Assembly (NCBI GenBank): GCA_002269645.1
Contig: NIVC01003177.1
Coordinates: 50,002 to 114,001, forward strand
Length of the DNA: 64,000 bases
Reading direction: 5' to 3'
DNA from: Macrostomum lignano
Taxonomy: Eukaryota
Both the position numbers and the translations under genes were made by a program. Below the pieces are notes generated by a model. It did not search any database. It was not told the DNA's origin and saw nothing but the letters and a program-made list of their open reading frames with translations. This document shows, piece after piece, positions 25,401 through 36,907 of the stretch (the stretch's first letter is position 1; every line of letters begins with the position of its first letter).

Positions 25401-25733
25401 GGCTCTAAATAAAGTTCAAAGAATAAAAGTTTAAACACGCATAAGGCCATAGCAAAATCCAAATCAAATCAAGTATCAAACCGTGCCACCATCCTATAAA
25501 TGCGACGGAAATAACGACGGATATGCTACCCGAAACTCACCCTTCTCAATCAGATAGAGCCCACCGTTCTTAGTAGTAACAACAGCCGCCTCGTGAACAA
25601 AGCCGTGAAGGGCACCGGACTTGTTGCCCGCAGAATACAATGGTCGCTTGTAGATGCCGACTTTAATGACCACTTGGTCTAGGTCGATGCCGCTGTGCTT
25701 TCTACGAAGCTGTCGTTTCCTCTTGTCCGCCAT
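22463..25733 (-). CDS. Permuted papain-fold (LRAT/PPPDE-like) tail-anchored protein, paralog 1 (exons 25733-25541, 24596-24250, 22483-22463)
   Basis: VIKVGIYKRPL...FVHEAAVVTTKNGGLYLIEK-GGPNDDI...DYGLFTDNCWNGTHRI...GALGAAVGVGIATAAAGILAIALSG...KEKAKQ*. GT-AG introns, phases 1 and 0, identical in all three paralogs. Confidence 0.85.
22557..22875 (+). mobile_element. tRNA-derived SINE, 5'-truncated, in paralog 1 intron 2
   Basis: B box GGCTCGATTCC, conserved body (GGGGAGTCGGCGGAATGGGCAGTAATGCCTCTCG) and ...CCCCTGCCTCTAAAAA tail. Confidence 0.88.
23013..24210. mobile_element. Mutator/foldback-type non-autonomous element with long inverted arrays of a ~15-bp GCTAGC-centred repeat
   Basis: 9-bp TSD GGTTTTTAC at 23004-23012 and 24211-24219. 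Array 23025-23170 is the reverse complement of 24045-24200. The paralog 2 site carries a single GGTTTTAC (empty site). Confidence 0.85.
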
Positions 25734-28700
25734 CGTCTATGCAAGATCAAATCTAATATTTTATGATTTTCCTTGTCTCTGAAGATTGAGGTCGGAGAGC
25801 TTGATATAATGATATGTTAGTCCATGCTTTCCTGTAGTTAATATCGTTTGGAAATTGGCACAGAACTGGTGACTGGTTTTCATGGTGCGCTTTACCAATT
25901 TCCTATTAATTCTCTAGTTGGCTTCTTTAACGGACAATAGTAAAGCGGTATTAAAAGTTGCTGACTATGTTAAAGCGTCGGTAGCTATAGCGGTAGGTAT
26001 ACAACTCAAACTGTTTCTCAAGCGTCAATCCAGCTATGTATACATCTAGCAGTTAAATAAAACTAACAAAGCAAAGAAACTGGGCCGTCAAAATGCTAAG
26101 CTAGTGAGCTACTGATACTAACAAGTAGACAATCTACACTTATTTCAAAAAGTTCAAAAATAAAAACACGGTAGATTAAATAGAAACTGTGAATTAGTAA
26201 TTTTTAACAACGCAAATTCAAGTAACAATTAATATAGTCACAAAATTTTACACTTGCGTACAGCTAATGTACGAGTAGATGATTCAGATAAAAGGGTTCA
26301 TGAAAAGCACTAATAGCTGTAGGCAGCTTTCAATAAGTACATCGCTTTCACTTGGGTGAGTGCATGCGGTACCCCAAAATTATTCCGAGCACACATCCGT
26401 TGAAAAATATAGATTGGCTTTAGAGGCATATTTACATGAGCGAGATGCTAATTTTGCTTAGTTGCGATCAGACTGTCACAACACTAATATGGCAATGGCA
26501 CAATAAAGTTATTTTTAAGGGAACTGTACTGGTCATAATTTCGGTATTGCGCTGCTAAAACAACCGAGTCTGAGTGAGCCTCTCTCACCACCGTTGCATC
26601 TGGGAATCTGTGCCAGATGTATAGTTGCCGCAGCCGCACTGCATTTACGCTTAGACTGATGTGGCTAACGTTCCATTTGGGTAACTGGTTGCGAAAAAAC
26701 ATCCAATGCTAGCTGCTATTACTGCTGCTCTGAACTAGTCCCTGACGATTCCCAATCTATCACGTAGATCTATCACGAGTGGCTTGCAAGACCCTTTGAT
26801 TGTCAACCAACTCCGGCCGCCACAATGTCCTGAAAAAGGACATTGGAGCTGAAAAATATGTTTTGGTCTACTGACGCTGGAACAACCGATAATCGACTTG
26901 TCGTGATCAACAATATTGATAAAGGCGTGATAAACAGCTAAACGTCGACACCACCGACATCCGTTTATCTCGGCTGGTGTACAGCACAAACTGTGAGTTG
27001 GCGACACTGACAAAGTACAAGTCATTGCAACCGTTTTTCCAGGTCAGCAGCGGCTCACTGAATGAGGTCGGCAAAGTTAAAACGCTACACCTGACAGACT
27101 TCATTTTTTATGGCTTACCTTTACCGCCGCGGGTAGCTGCATGCACTCCACCGGTGATTGCAGATGCATGCGGGTTGTGTTCAACATAGGCTAGCATGCA
27201 CTGAATGCATTTCATTTGTGCTTGCGCCCTGTTGCTGACCGTTCTAGAACTGTTGCTGGTAGCTCGAACCTCAAATGCGGTGGTTGTTTGGTCGGTTAAA
27301 CAAAAAACTGCTAGTTTAAAAAACTGAGGTTCAGTTCTTGTCTGCAGTGGCTGCTGTAATCTTTGAGAAGACCAAAAAATTCAGCAGAAAAGTGTCAATG
27401 AGCGCATTGTAGGTGAGGTTGCGCACGCCTGTCGCATCGTCCCAATACAACGAATGGATAACACGCAGCTGCTGGATCAACGGAGCGTCGAATGAATGCT
27501 GCGACAAGAGTGTGGAATGCCACAGTGCAATCATCGCCAGGGCATCCCCCGCAACGACACCCCTTTGGTTGATAGGGTTGCCGCCCTTGCTGCTGCTATA
27601 ACATTAGAGACTAGGGTTAACATGCGTATATATTGTCTGATTTATAAGGCATTTGGTTGATATTGACTAAAAAATAATAAAATTGTTGTTTCTTTGCTCA
27701 CCATGGAAGCGGTAAAGAGAGCGATGAGGCTTCGCCACAGTCCAGTTGTGCGTCGCTTCAACGACCAGCTGGCCGTTGTCATCGTCGACGCCGCCGTCGA
27801 ATCTTCGCCATCATAACCAACCGGCTGCTTTTGTATCTACGACACATGCTTGGCCGCAAAATGTTTCTTTGGTGCATCAGCGCGCATCACGGTGGTTTAG
27901 CTACATACATGTACATGACACTTTTTTGCGTAGGCGAAAGTTTCTATTTGTGGACGCTGTCACTGTTGCCAAGCCGTTGGTCACCGCAGCTAAATAATCA
28001 CACCTCGTATACTGGCTCGTTCACTCCGACGAACGAACTGACTGTTGATTTATCACTACATGGTCTGCCCCTTCCTTTCTTCATTTCTAAAACTCCCTTT
28101 TCCTAAAAAAGCAGTAGCTCTAGTCAGGTACGACAGTGTAACATATGCAGCCCTGACTGTAACAAATTGTGCCATAGACGTTAGAACAGATCGTAGTCCG
28201 ATTTCGGCTGCAACAGTGCAAATGCACCATTTGCTGTTTTACCAACACCTGAAGGCCCCCCCCCAAAGACGGCGGTGGGCCTTCTCTACGAATAAACCTG
28301 CAGACTTCCTTCTGTCTGGACACCAGTACCCATGTACATAATGCCCTCTGGCGGCGACGGCACTGCCAGCTGTACATTCAGGCTGCTGTGGTTGATGTTG
28401 CTGCTGCTGTTACTACAGCCATTCTTTAGCGGTGTTGGTGGTGTTGTTGCTGTGAAAGAGGGTGGCTGGTGGGCGCTCGCACACGCCACACAGATCGCCG
28501 CGCTAGGGACACTCTTAATTTCAATTTGGGTCCAGTTGCACATGGCCTTCCAATCAAATCGCAACAGTTATGGAGTACTGCGATGCGAAAAAATGCATGA
28601 AGGCTGGTTTTCCTCTGACTGATATTGTTGTCGCTAGTCAGAGGAGTGTACGGCTCCATAATGTGGGTTCTGGATAGCGGGAAACTCGTTATTACTGGCG

Positions 28701-30387
28701 CCTATTTTTTGTGTTATATTGAATTGTAGTATGCTTTTTTAGTTGTTTTAGTTGTTATTGTTGTTGTTGTTGGTATTGGTGTCTTCATTGTGATTCTGAT
28801 TGAAGAAAGTAGACAATGATTTTTTAAAATTTTTTGAGGGAGAAATATACAAACTTGCATAGATTGCGATGGGGACAGGAGGACAGGTCCTAACCCCACT
28901 CACTGATCGCCGATTGAGTCGCTCAATTCGACAGCTTCAGGCAGACACGAGCATCATTTTCAGCGCTCCGGGCTGCTTCAATTACGACGTATGCCAGTTG
29001 CAGCACAGACATTCCACGGCATGCGCGACAATTTTCTGGCTTTTCACCAATGGAGGCATCCGTTGCATCGTCGGAATGGCAGTAGTATTCTGGGGCGTCC
29101 TATAGGAAGCGGCCGCAGCGCCTTCTTGAACAGCCGCCTGTTAACGACGTGAACAGAAGGAGCGACGGATGCAATTTGATTTGGGGCATGAATGCACCAG
29201 CAACCAAAATATTTTCGTCATCAAAAGCAGCACCAATAAAAACAAAAATACTCTCACCTGACTGTGGCAAAAGAACAGTGCTTTGGCTGCTGAGCCTACT
29301 TGGCGAAACTGTTGGTGACTGTGGCTGCTGCTGGGCGCAGCAGCAGAAGCGACTTAATTCGGTCGCAGTGGCGGCAGTAGTCCTACAATCCCCGGCAGCG
29401 GCAGCGGCGGCGGAGCATATGGCTTTCTCCTGGTTAATCAACGAGCACTGAACCTAGCGGTTGAACGAGCATAGCGCATTATATGATTCATATATTTATG
29501 TATAGAAAGCGTGTATAAGCCTACTAATTACTATAGCGGGGATCGTATAGTCTATGGCTGCTGAAAAAAGTCTCAAAGAAGAGCTGTGCATCTTTAGTAA
29601 GACTATGCTACAGGCAGCGCCACTTCTGCCCAATAAATTGTCTATGGTCAAATCTATGCTGTACATCTTGTTATAAAGTTTAAAAGCTCTGTCGATATTT
29701 TCAGGGAACGTAAAGAACGAAAAGTACAATTATAAGGAACGCTGTACACCCTGTGTGAGAGTGTGTATGTCGAGTGCGTACTTTCGTACAATATTGGCAA
29801 CGAAAAGAAGCTACATGTACAAGAAGCAGTAATTTCAGATTGGAATTTTAAAATATATTAAATAAACCCATTCAATTCGCCAATGGCCTACACTGTTACC
29901 ATGAAATCTTTCAGGAGAATCAATCTACGAGCTTAGGTTAAATTTTTAGAGGATTTTTTTCTCAAATTTCCATGCGTCATTCCTAAATTATCCACTTTGA
30001 GTAACAAGTTTGAAAGGAATTTATTATTTTAAATCTGAAACAAATTTGATCTCTTTATAACCCTATGAAAGGTAAAAAATATTACAGGAGGTATCGATAG
30101 TCGATAGTTGTTTTTTATTTAAAATGCAAAATGTTGGTTTATGTCAGTCATGTCAGTTATTTGACATCAATAAAAAAAATTAAAGCACTGCGAACAGAGG
30201 ACACAATAATTTGAAGGTCTGAAGTACCATCGATAAATCATTAATGTATAGTCATGTCTCTATTAGAACCACATAGATTACACATGTATACATTTAAGAG
30301 AGAGTAGAGTCGCTCTACTAGACACAAGTTTGCAGCTAAGCGTGTTGATCCTCCGAGTATTTTGATTTGTTAAACCTTATTTGTTGA

Positions 30388-33059
30388 TCACTGCTTTGCC
30401 TTTTCCTTCTGAAAATTCAAATTTGTGGCTTGTGGTTATATTTTCGCGTTTACTACAAGCAAGAACCATACGACGGGAGTGCTGAGGTGTCAATAATCAA
30501 GACATAGTTCTGTTGTCTTTAGCATTATAAACCCGACAGATTCACAGGAGGCCAAGCTAGGAGGTCAAGGGCTTAAGCTGCGGACCCCTAAATAGTAGAA
30601 TGTCTTCTGCTATTACACTAGCAGGTTTGGCACTAGAAGACCTACTGCGAATTCCAGTCAGCACTGCCTCTAAAGCTCTCGATATATCTATATACTCGTA
30701 CCTCGAAAAGGCTTAAAATACATGTATGTCAATCGAACCGAAAAATCCAATTTTCCTGCTGATATGACAAAACAAGCAAAACTTGCTACTGGATTGAATA
30801 AACGATAAATAGTTGGTCGGGAGGAGTCAATTACAGTGGAGGTGTAGCCAAGTGGTCTGGCGCTGCGCTCTGATGTGCCAGCGGCCCAGGCTCGATTCCA
30901 AATACAAGACACATTAATTTAGGGCTGAACTGGAATCTCACCTAATTGGCTCTACTCGCACAGTTAATGCCCTTGAGGGCCAACCCCCAAGGCACAGTGA
31001 AGTTTACATGCCTAACTATAAATGTACGCATCTAAGCGCTTGTGTGCCTACTCAGGGGAATGGGCAGTAATGCTTCTCGCCGATTGTGTGACAATGAGAC
31101 AGAGTGCGCGAGGCTGCACACACAGCCTGCCTCTATAAATCTTGAAAAGTAACTTTGAGGTCAATTCGACTGGAAGCACCTGTTGTGTCCCACCGAGGTG
31201 CAATCCTTCGGGCACCCTGCGATAAAAGGAATAATAATGAACTAAATGAACTAATGTGAACTGAAGACTACTAATGGTTTTACATCCGTTGCCTCACTTC
31301 TTTAGAATTCCCAGACAGAGCAAAAGCCAAGATTCCTGCAGCTGCAACGGCAATTCCAACTCCAACTGCAGCTCGCAGGGCTCCTTTTTCCTGCCAGGTC
31401 ATGCCGTCCTCATCCGGGTTGCACTTGGCTCGAATCCGATGCGTGCCGTTCCAGCAGTTGTCAGTGGCCAGTCCGTATTCGCTGCCGCATGAGTCGAACA
31501 AGTCCTCCAGAGTGACGCAGGGATCGACCTTACCAACGGAACGGATCAGTTCCCAATCGCGAATGTCTTTTCGAGTTATTTTAACAATTCGGCATTCGCC
31601 TTCGCGGTATCTGGCCGGAAAGTTGATGTCGTCGTTCGGGCCACCTGGAGCCGGAGGTGTTACAGCAATAAATTTAACAGGGAGGACTAGAATTTCCCTT
31701 TTACCGTATCATGGCGTAACACCCTCATTCTATAAAAAAATTTTAAAGGTCGAATCCTGCGAGATGAGAATATTCCAGTTTTTTAATATCAAACTGTCAA
31801 TCATCTTTGCATGTTAATGCATGGTAATGCATCTTAATGCATGGTAATGCAACAATGCACTGTATCGTTTACAAACGAATCATCAAGGAGCGTTAATTGT
31901 GCTCCATTTTTGCGTTTTTAGAGTTCAGTAGCATTTTTCTTTAATTTTGAGTTGATGAACTTACAGAGCCCCTTTTGAACCCAGCCAATGCAGAATTCAA
32001 CTGTCAAATTACTGTTCGTCGAACGTGGGGTTGGTTTGCCTCCAGATAATCTAGTAAACTTCTGATTATCCTTTAACCTAAAGTTTAAGCTAGGTAGTGC
32101 TCCATATTGATTGGTTGAATGAGTTACACTCATCAATAATGTATCAGGGATACACCTTGTGGCACTGGAATGCAATACACAATAAATTTTTACGCTCGTA
32201 CAACGGACGTTGTAAGTGAATTATATGCACGGTGTTTTGGGTTGAAAAAGATATTGGTTCTTTAATAATTAAGGCCTAGGATTATAACATTCAAAGTCTA
32301 AAATGACTGTTAAAAAATGAACCATTATTTTTTATCAGTTAATTTTACCTACTCTTTGGCAGCGGGGGCCGTAGCCCAGCGGTAGCGCAGCTGCTCTGGT
32401 GTGCCGCAACCCAGGCTCGATTCCAAGTGCAGCCACATTAATTTGGGGCTGGATTGGAATCTTGGCTTGGTTCGCTTGTGCAATTAACGGCCTTGAGAGC
32501 CAACCCCCCAAGGCGCAGTGAAGTGTACATGCCTAACGATAATATAAAGTTAGGGCCGCTGTACACTCCTGTGTGAGTGTGTGCCTGCGTAACGTATCCG
32601 CGCGCTTGTATGCCTGCTCAGGGGAGTCGGCGGAATGGGCAGTAATGCCTCTCGCCGGTTGTGTGCCTATGTCGCTTAAAGTGCGCCGGGGTGCACACAA
32701 CCCCCTGCCTCTAAAAAAAAATACTCTTTGGCAACTCTGTGCAAATAGTTTGGTCATGGCCCTAAATATAAAAGTTCAAAGCAAAAGCTAAATCAAATCA
32801 AATATTAAACCATGCAACCATCCTATACATGCGACGGAAATGACGACGGATATGCTACCCGAAACTCACCCTTCTCAATCAGATAGAGCCCACTGTTCAC
32901 AGTGGTAGCAACAGCCGCCTCGTGATCTAAGCCGAGTAGGGCCCCGAACTGGCCCAGAGAATACAATGGTCGCTTGTAGATGCCCACTTTAATGACCACT
33001 TGGTCTAGGTCGATGCCGCTGTGCTTTCTACGAAGCTGTCGTTCCTTCTTTTCCGACAT
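30388..33059 (-). CDS. Permuted papain-fold (LRAT/PPPDE-like) tail-anchored protein, paralog 2 (exons 33059-32870, 31644-31298, 30408-30388)
   Basis: MSEKKERQLRRKHSGIDLDQVVIKVGIYKRPL...DHEAAVATT...YLIEK; EYGLATDNCWNGTHRI; hydrophobic C-terminus; KEKAKQ*. Exon 2 is 347 nt, as in paralogs 1 and 3. Confidence 0.85.
30838..31140 (+). mobile_element. tRNA-derived SINE, older diverged copy, in paralog 2 intron 2
   Basis: A box TAGCCAAGTGG, B box GGCTCGATTCC. Same downstream flank (GGTCAATTCGACTGGAAGCACC) as the SINE at 22557. Confidence 0.85.
32362..32721 (+). mobile_element. Full-length tRNA-derived SINE with 12-bp TSD
   Basis: A box TAGCCCAGCGG, B box GGCTCGATTCC, A-tail. TSD TACTCTTTGGCA at 32350-32361 and 32722-32733. 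The equivalent site in paralog 1 (~25360-25380) is empty. Confidence 0.92.
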
Positions 33060-33579
33060 GTTTATGAACGCTCGTAGGATCAAATCTAATATTTTACGTT
33101 TTGTTTGACTCTGAAGATCGAGATCTGTTAAATAGCTTGCGCGGTTGCCGAATTTTGTAGGCAAAAAACTGTCTATGGCACAGAGTGCTGCTTATTTACG
33201 TCTCACTCACCCAACCGCCTGACCATGTCCAAATAGTTCGCACGAAAGCCAGAGTACATGTAGCAAGAAAATAAAAGTTAGCGCCGAGGCCTGGAAGCAA
33301 GTTCTGAGCTTATGCTTCAGACCATAGACTAAAATAAACAGAAAAAATATATTTATACCCCGATTGGCCAACATTAACATTGTACATTTTAACCACAAAG
33401 AAATGTTGATTTGATGCATTTAAGAATGAATTTAAGAATTTAAGAATGAGTGGTTGTCTCTACTAATCTTTAATTTTTATCTGAAACATTTTCGAGTTTA
33501 ATATTTGCAACAACTGTGACGTTGACAGCGTCGGTTTTAAATCATAGTATAGTCTTGCTGAAGTCAAAGCTGTCTTTAG

Positions 33580-35730
33580 GTGGTAGAGAGGAGAGGGGAG
33601 AGAGACGGCAGAGAGAAGGAGAGAGGTGGCAGAGAGAAGGAGAGAGGCGGCAGGGAGAAGGCAAAAGAAGGAGAGGCGGCAGGAAGAAGGAGAGAGAAGG
33701 AGAGAGGTGGCAGAGAGGAGAGAGGCGGCAGAGAGAAGGAGAGAGAAGGAGAGAGGTGGCAGAGAGAAGGAGAGAGGTGGCAGAGAGAAGGAGAGAGGCG
33801 GCAGGGAGAAGGAGAGAGGTGGCAGAGAGAAGGAGAGAGGTGGCAGAGAGAAGGAGAGAGGTGGCAGAGAGAAGGAGAGAGGCGGCAGGGAGAAGGAGAG
33901 AGGCGGCAGGGAGAAGGATAGAGGCGGCAGGGAGAAGGAGAGAGGCGGCAGGGAGAAGGAAAAAGAAGAGGCGGCAGGGAGAAGGAAAAAGGAGAGGCGG
34001 CAGGGAGAAGGAAAAAGAAGGAGAGGCGGCAGGGAGAAGGAAAAAGAAGGAGAGAGGCGGCAGAGAGAAGGAGAGAGGCGGCAGGGAGAAGGAAAAAGAA
34101 GGAGAGGCGGCAGGGAGAAGGAAAAAGAAGGAGAGGCGGCAGGGAGAAGGAAAAAGAAGGAGAGGCGGCAGGGAGAAGGAAAAAGGAGAGGCGGCAGGGA
34201 GAAGGAAAAAGAAGGAGAGAGGCGGCAGAGAGAAGGAGAGAGGCGGCAGGGAGAAGGAAAAAGAATGAGAGGCGGCAGGGAGAAGGAAAAAGAAGGAGAG
34301 GCGGCAGGGAGAAGGAAAAAGAAGGAGAGAGGCGGCAGAGAGAAGGAGAGAGGCGGCAGAGAGAAGGAGAGAGGCGGCAGGGAGAAGGAAAAAGGAGAGG
34401 CGGCAGGGAGAAGGAAAAAGAAGGAGAGGCGGCAGGGAGAAGGAAAAAGAAGGAGAGGCGGCAGGGAGAAGGAAAAAGAAGGAGAGGCGGCAGGGAGAAG
34501 GAAAAAGAAGGAGAGAGGCGGCAGAGAGAAGGAGAGAGGCGGCAGAGAGAAGGAGAGAGGCGGCAGAGAGAAGGAAAAAGAAGGAGAGGCGGCAGGGAGA
34601 AGGAGAGAGGCGGCAGGGAGAAGGAAAAAGAAGGAGAGGCGGCACGGAGAAGGAAAAAGAAGGAGAGGCGGCAGGGAGAAGGAAAAAGAAGGAGAGGCGG
34701 CAGGGAGAAGGAAAAGGAGAGGCGGCAGGGAGAAGGAAAAAGAAGGAGAGGCGGCAGGGAGAAGGAAAAAGGAGAGGCGGCAGGGAGAAGGAAAAGGAGA
34801 GGCGGCAGGGAGAAGGAAAAGGAGAGGCGGCAGGGAGAAGGAAAAAGAAGAGGCGGCAGGGAGAAGGAAAAAGTAGAGGCGGCAGGGAGAAGGAAAAAGA
34901 AGGAGAGGCGGCAGGGAGAAGGAAAAAGAAGGAGAGAGGCGGCAGAGAGAAGGAGAGAGGCGGCAGCGAGAAGGAAAAAGAAGGAGAGGCGGCAGGGAGA
35001 AGGAAAAAGAAGGAGAGGCGGCAGGGAGAAGGAAAAAGAAGGAGGGAGGCGGCAGAGAGAAGGAGAGAGGCGGCAGAGAGAAGGAGAGAGGCGGCAGGGA
35101 GAAGGAAAAAGAAGGAGAGGCGGCAGGGAGAAGGAAAAAGAAGGAGAGGCGGCAGGGAGAAGGAAAAAGAAGGAGAGGCGGCAGGGAGAAGGAAAAAGGA
35201 GAGGCGGCAGAGAGAAGGAAAAAGAAGGAGAGGCGGCAGGGAGAAGGAAAAAGAATGAGAGACGGCAGGGAGAAGGAAAAAGAAGGAGAGGCGGCAGGGA
35301 GAAGGAAAAAGAAGGAGAGACGGCAGGGAGAAGGAAAAAGGAGAGGCGGCAGGGAGAAGGAAAAAGGAGAGGCGGCAGGGAAAGGAGAGAGAAGGAAAGA
35401 GGTGGCAGAGAGAAGGAGAGAGGCGGCAGGGAGAAGGAAAAAGAAGGAGAGGCGGCAGGGAGAAGGAAAAAGAAGGAGAGGCGGCAGGGAGAAGGAAAAA
35501 GAAGGAGAGGCGGCAGGGAGAAGGAAAAAGAAGGAGAGGCGGCAGGGAGAAGGAAAAAGGAGAGGCGGCAGGGAGAAGGAAAAAGAAGGAGAGGCGGCAG
35601 GGAGAAGGAAAAAGAAGGAGAGACGGCAGGGAGAAGGAAAAAGGAGAGGCGGCAGGGAGAAGGAAAAAGGAGAGGCGGCAGGGAAAGGAGAGAGAAGGAA
35701 AGAGGTGGCAGAGAGGAGAGAGAAGAAGAG
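33580..35730 (+). repeat. ~2.15 kb purine-rich minisatellite (GGCGGCAGGGAGAAGGAAAAAGAAGGAGA-type, 18-29 bp variant units)
   Basis: Directly visible. Source of the spurious 400-780 aa ORFs. Confidence 0.96.
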
Positions 35731-36907
35731 AAGCACTTGCCCTCCCGCAATTATAAAATACATACGAAGTCATATTTTTGCTAAGTTTCGAACTAAAAGT
35801 TTTGAGTATCACTTCCCCGCCTTTTGAAGCAGCCATCAGCAACAATGAGTTCGTACTAGGGTCACGCGTGGACACCAAGGACTTTGCTTCCGCTTGCTCT
35901 TTGCTCGGTTAAAACAAAACAGATTACGGGACTGAATTGTCCCCTGCTATGTAATGTGCCAAGTACATTTTTATTGTGCTCGGATAAAATCTTAAGGAAA
36001 CCATTGCTCACCAAGGTTTCATGCCTCCCTACCTCCCGCCAATCAGAACAGCCATGGGGTGGATGCTTTCTCAGATTTTAAAGGAAACTCAGATACACAC
36101 AATTACCCTCATATATCTCTCTCTCACTTTGAAGGTCTTTCGACTTGGATTCTGTAATCCTGTGTGAGAAGCTTTCCAACAACAAGTTGCATACGTACAT
36201 GTAGTTCTTTAATTTTTTAGTTCTTCTGTTAGAGAATTTTAGACCAATGGGATTCCCTATTTTGTATCAAAGAAAAGATCGCAATATGTTACGGATTGCA
36301 TTTTAATCAGATATTGATTAAACGCATTAAATCTGGCGATGCTTACCCATTCATTATTATGGGATCTTTCAGGAGAATCAATGGTACGAGCTGGGTAAAC
36401 TTTTTTAAAGAGCATTCTGTTTTTTATTCTTGATATTCAATGCGTCATTTCTCCAATATCTGCTTTGCGTAATATTTTTGAAATGAATCGTTTATTTAAA
36501 ATCAAAATCGGCTGACATCTTTGAAAATTGAAATATTGTGAAAGGTAAAATATTACAAGATCATTTTTGCAAACAAGGCAGTTAACGGCAGTCCATCGTT
36601 GGTTTTCTTGTCAGATAAGTAAGGATGCAATTTTTGAGCGATTAATAACCAATATAGCACGAGATGCGGTGCGTTGGCGCTTTTTTAGTATCAATAATAG
36701 AGAAAAAACAAAAAAAAACACAACGAACGGAGGATTTACTAATGTGAAATATGCATCGCATAGTCATGTCAGTATTAGATTACACATGCACTATACATAT
36801 AAGACAGAGGAGTCGCTCGATATCACTTCAGAGACCGAAACTGGCACAAGTTTGCAGCTAAGCGTGTTGATCCTCCGAGCAATTTGATCTGCTAAACCGC
36901 AAGCTGA

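Noticed and set aside
30838-30900. tRNA genes at the SINE heads
   Set aside because: A/B boxes are present, but each continues into the same repeat body and tail, and no complete cloverleaf is evident.
31965-32000. 36-nt in-frame cassette exon (VEFCIGWVQKGL) in paralog 2 intron 1
   Set aside because: The equivalent segment is 35 nt in paralog 1 (frameshifting) and deleted in paralog 3; exon 1 splices to exon 2 in frame without it.
33463-35878. 416-778 aa ORFs
   Set aside because: Products of a purine-rich minisatellite.
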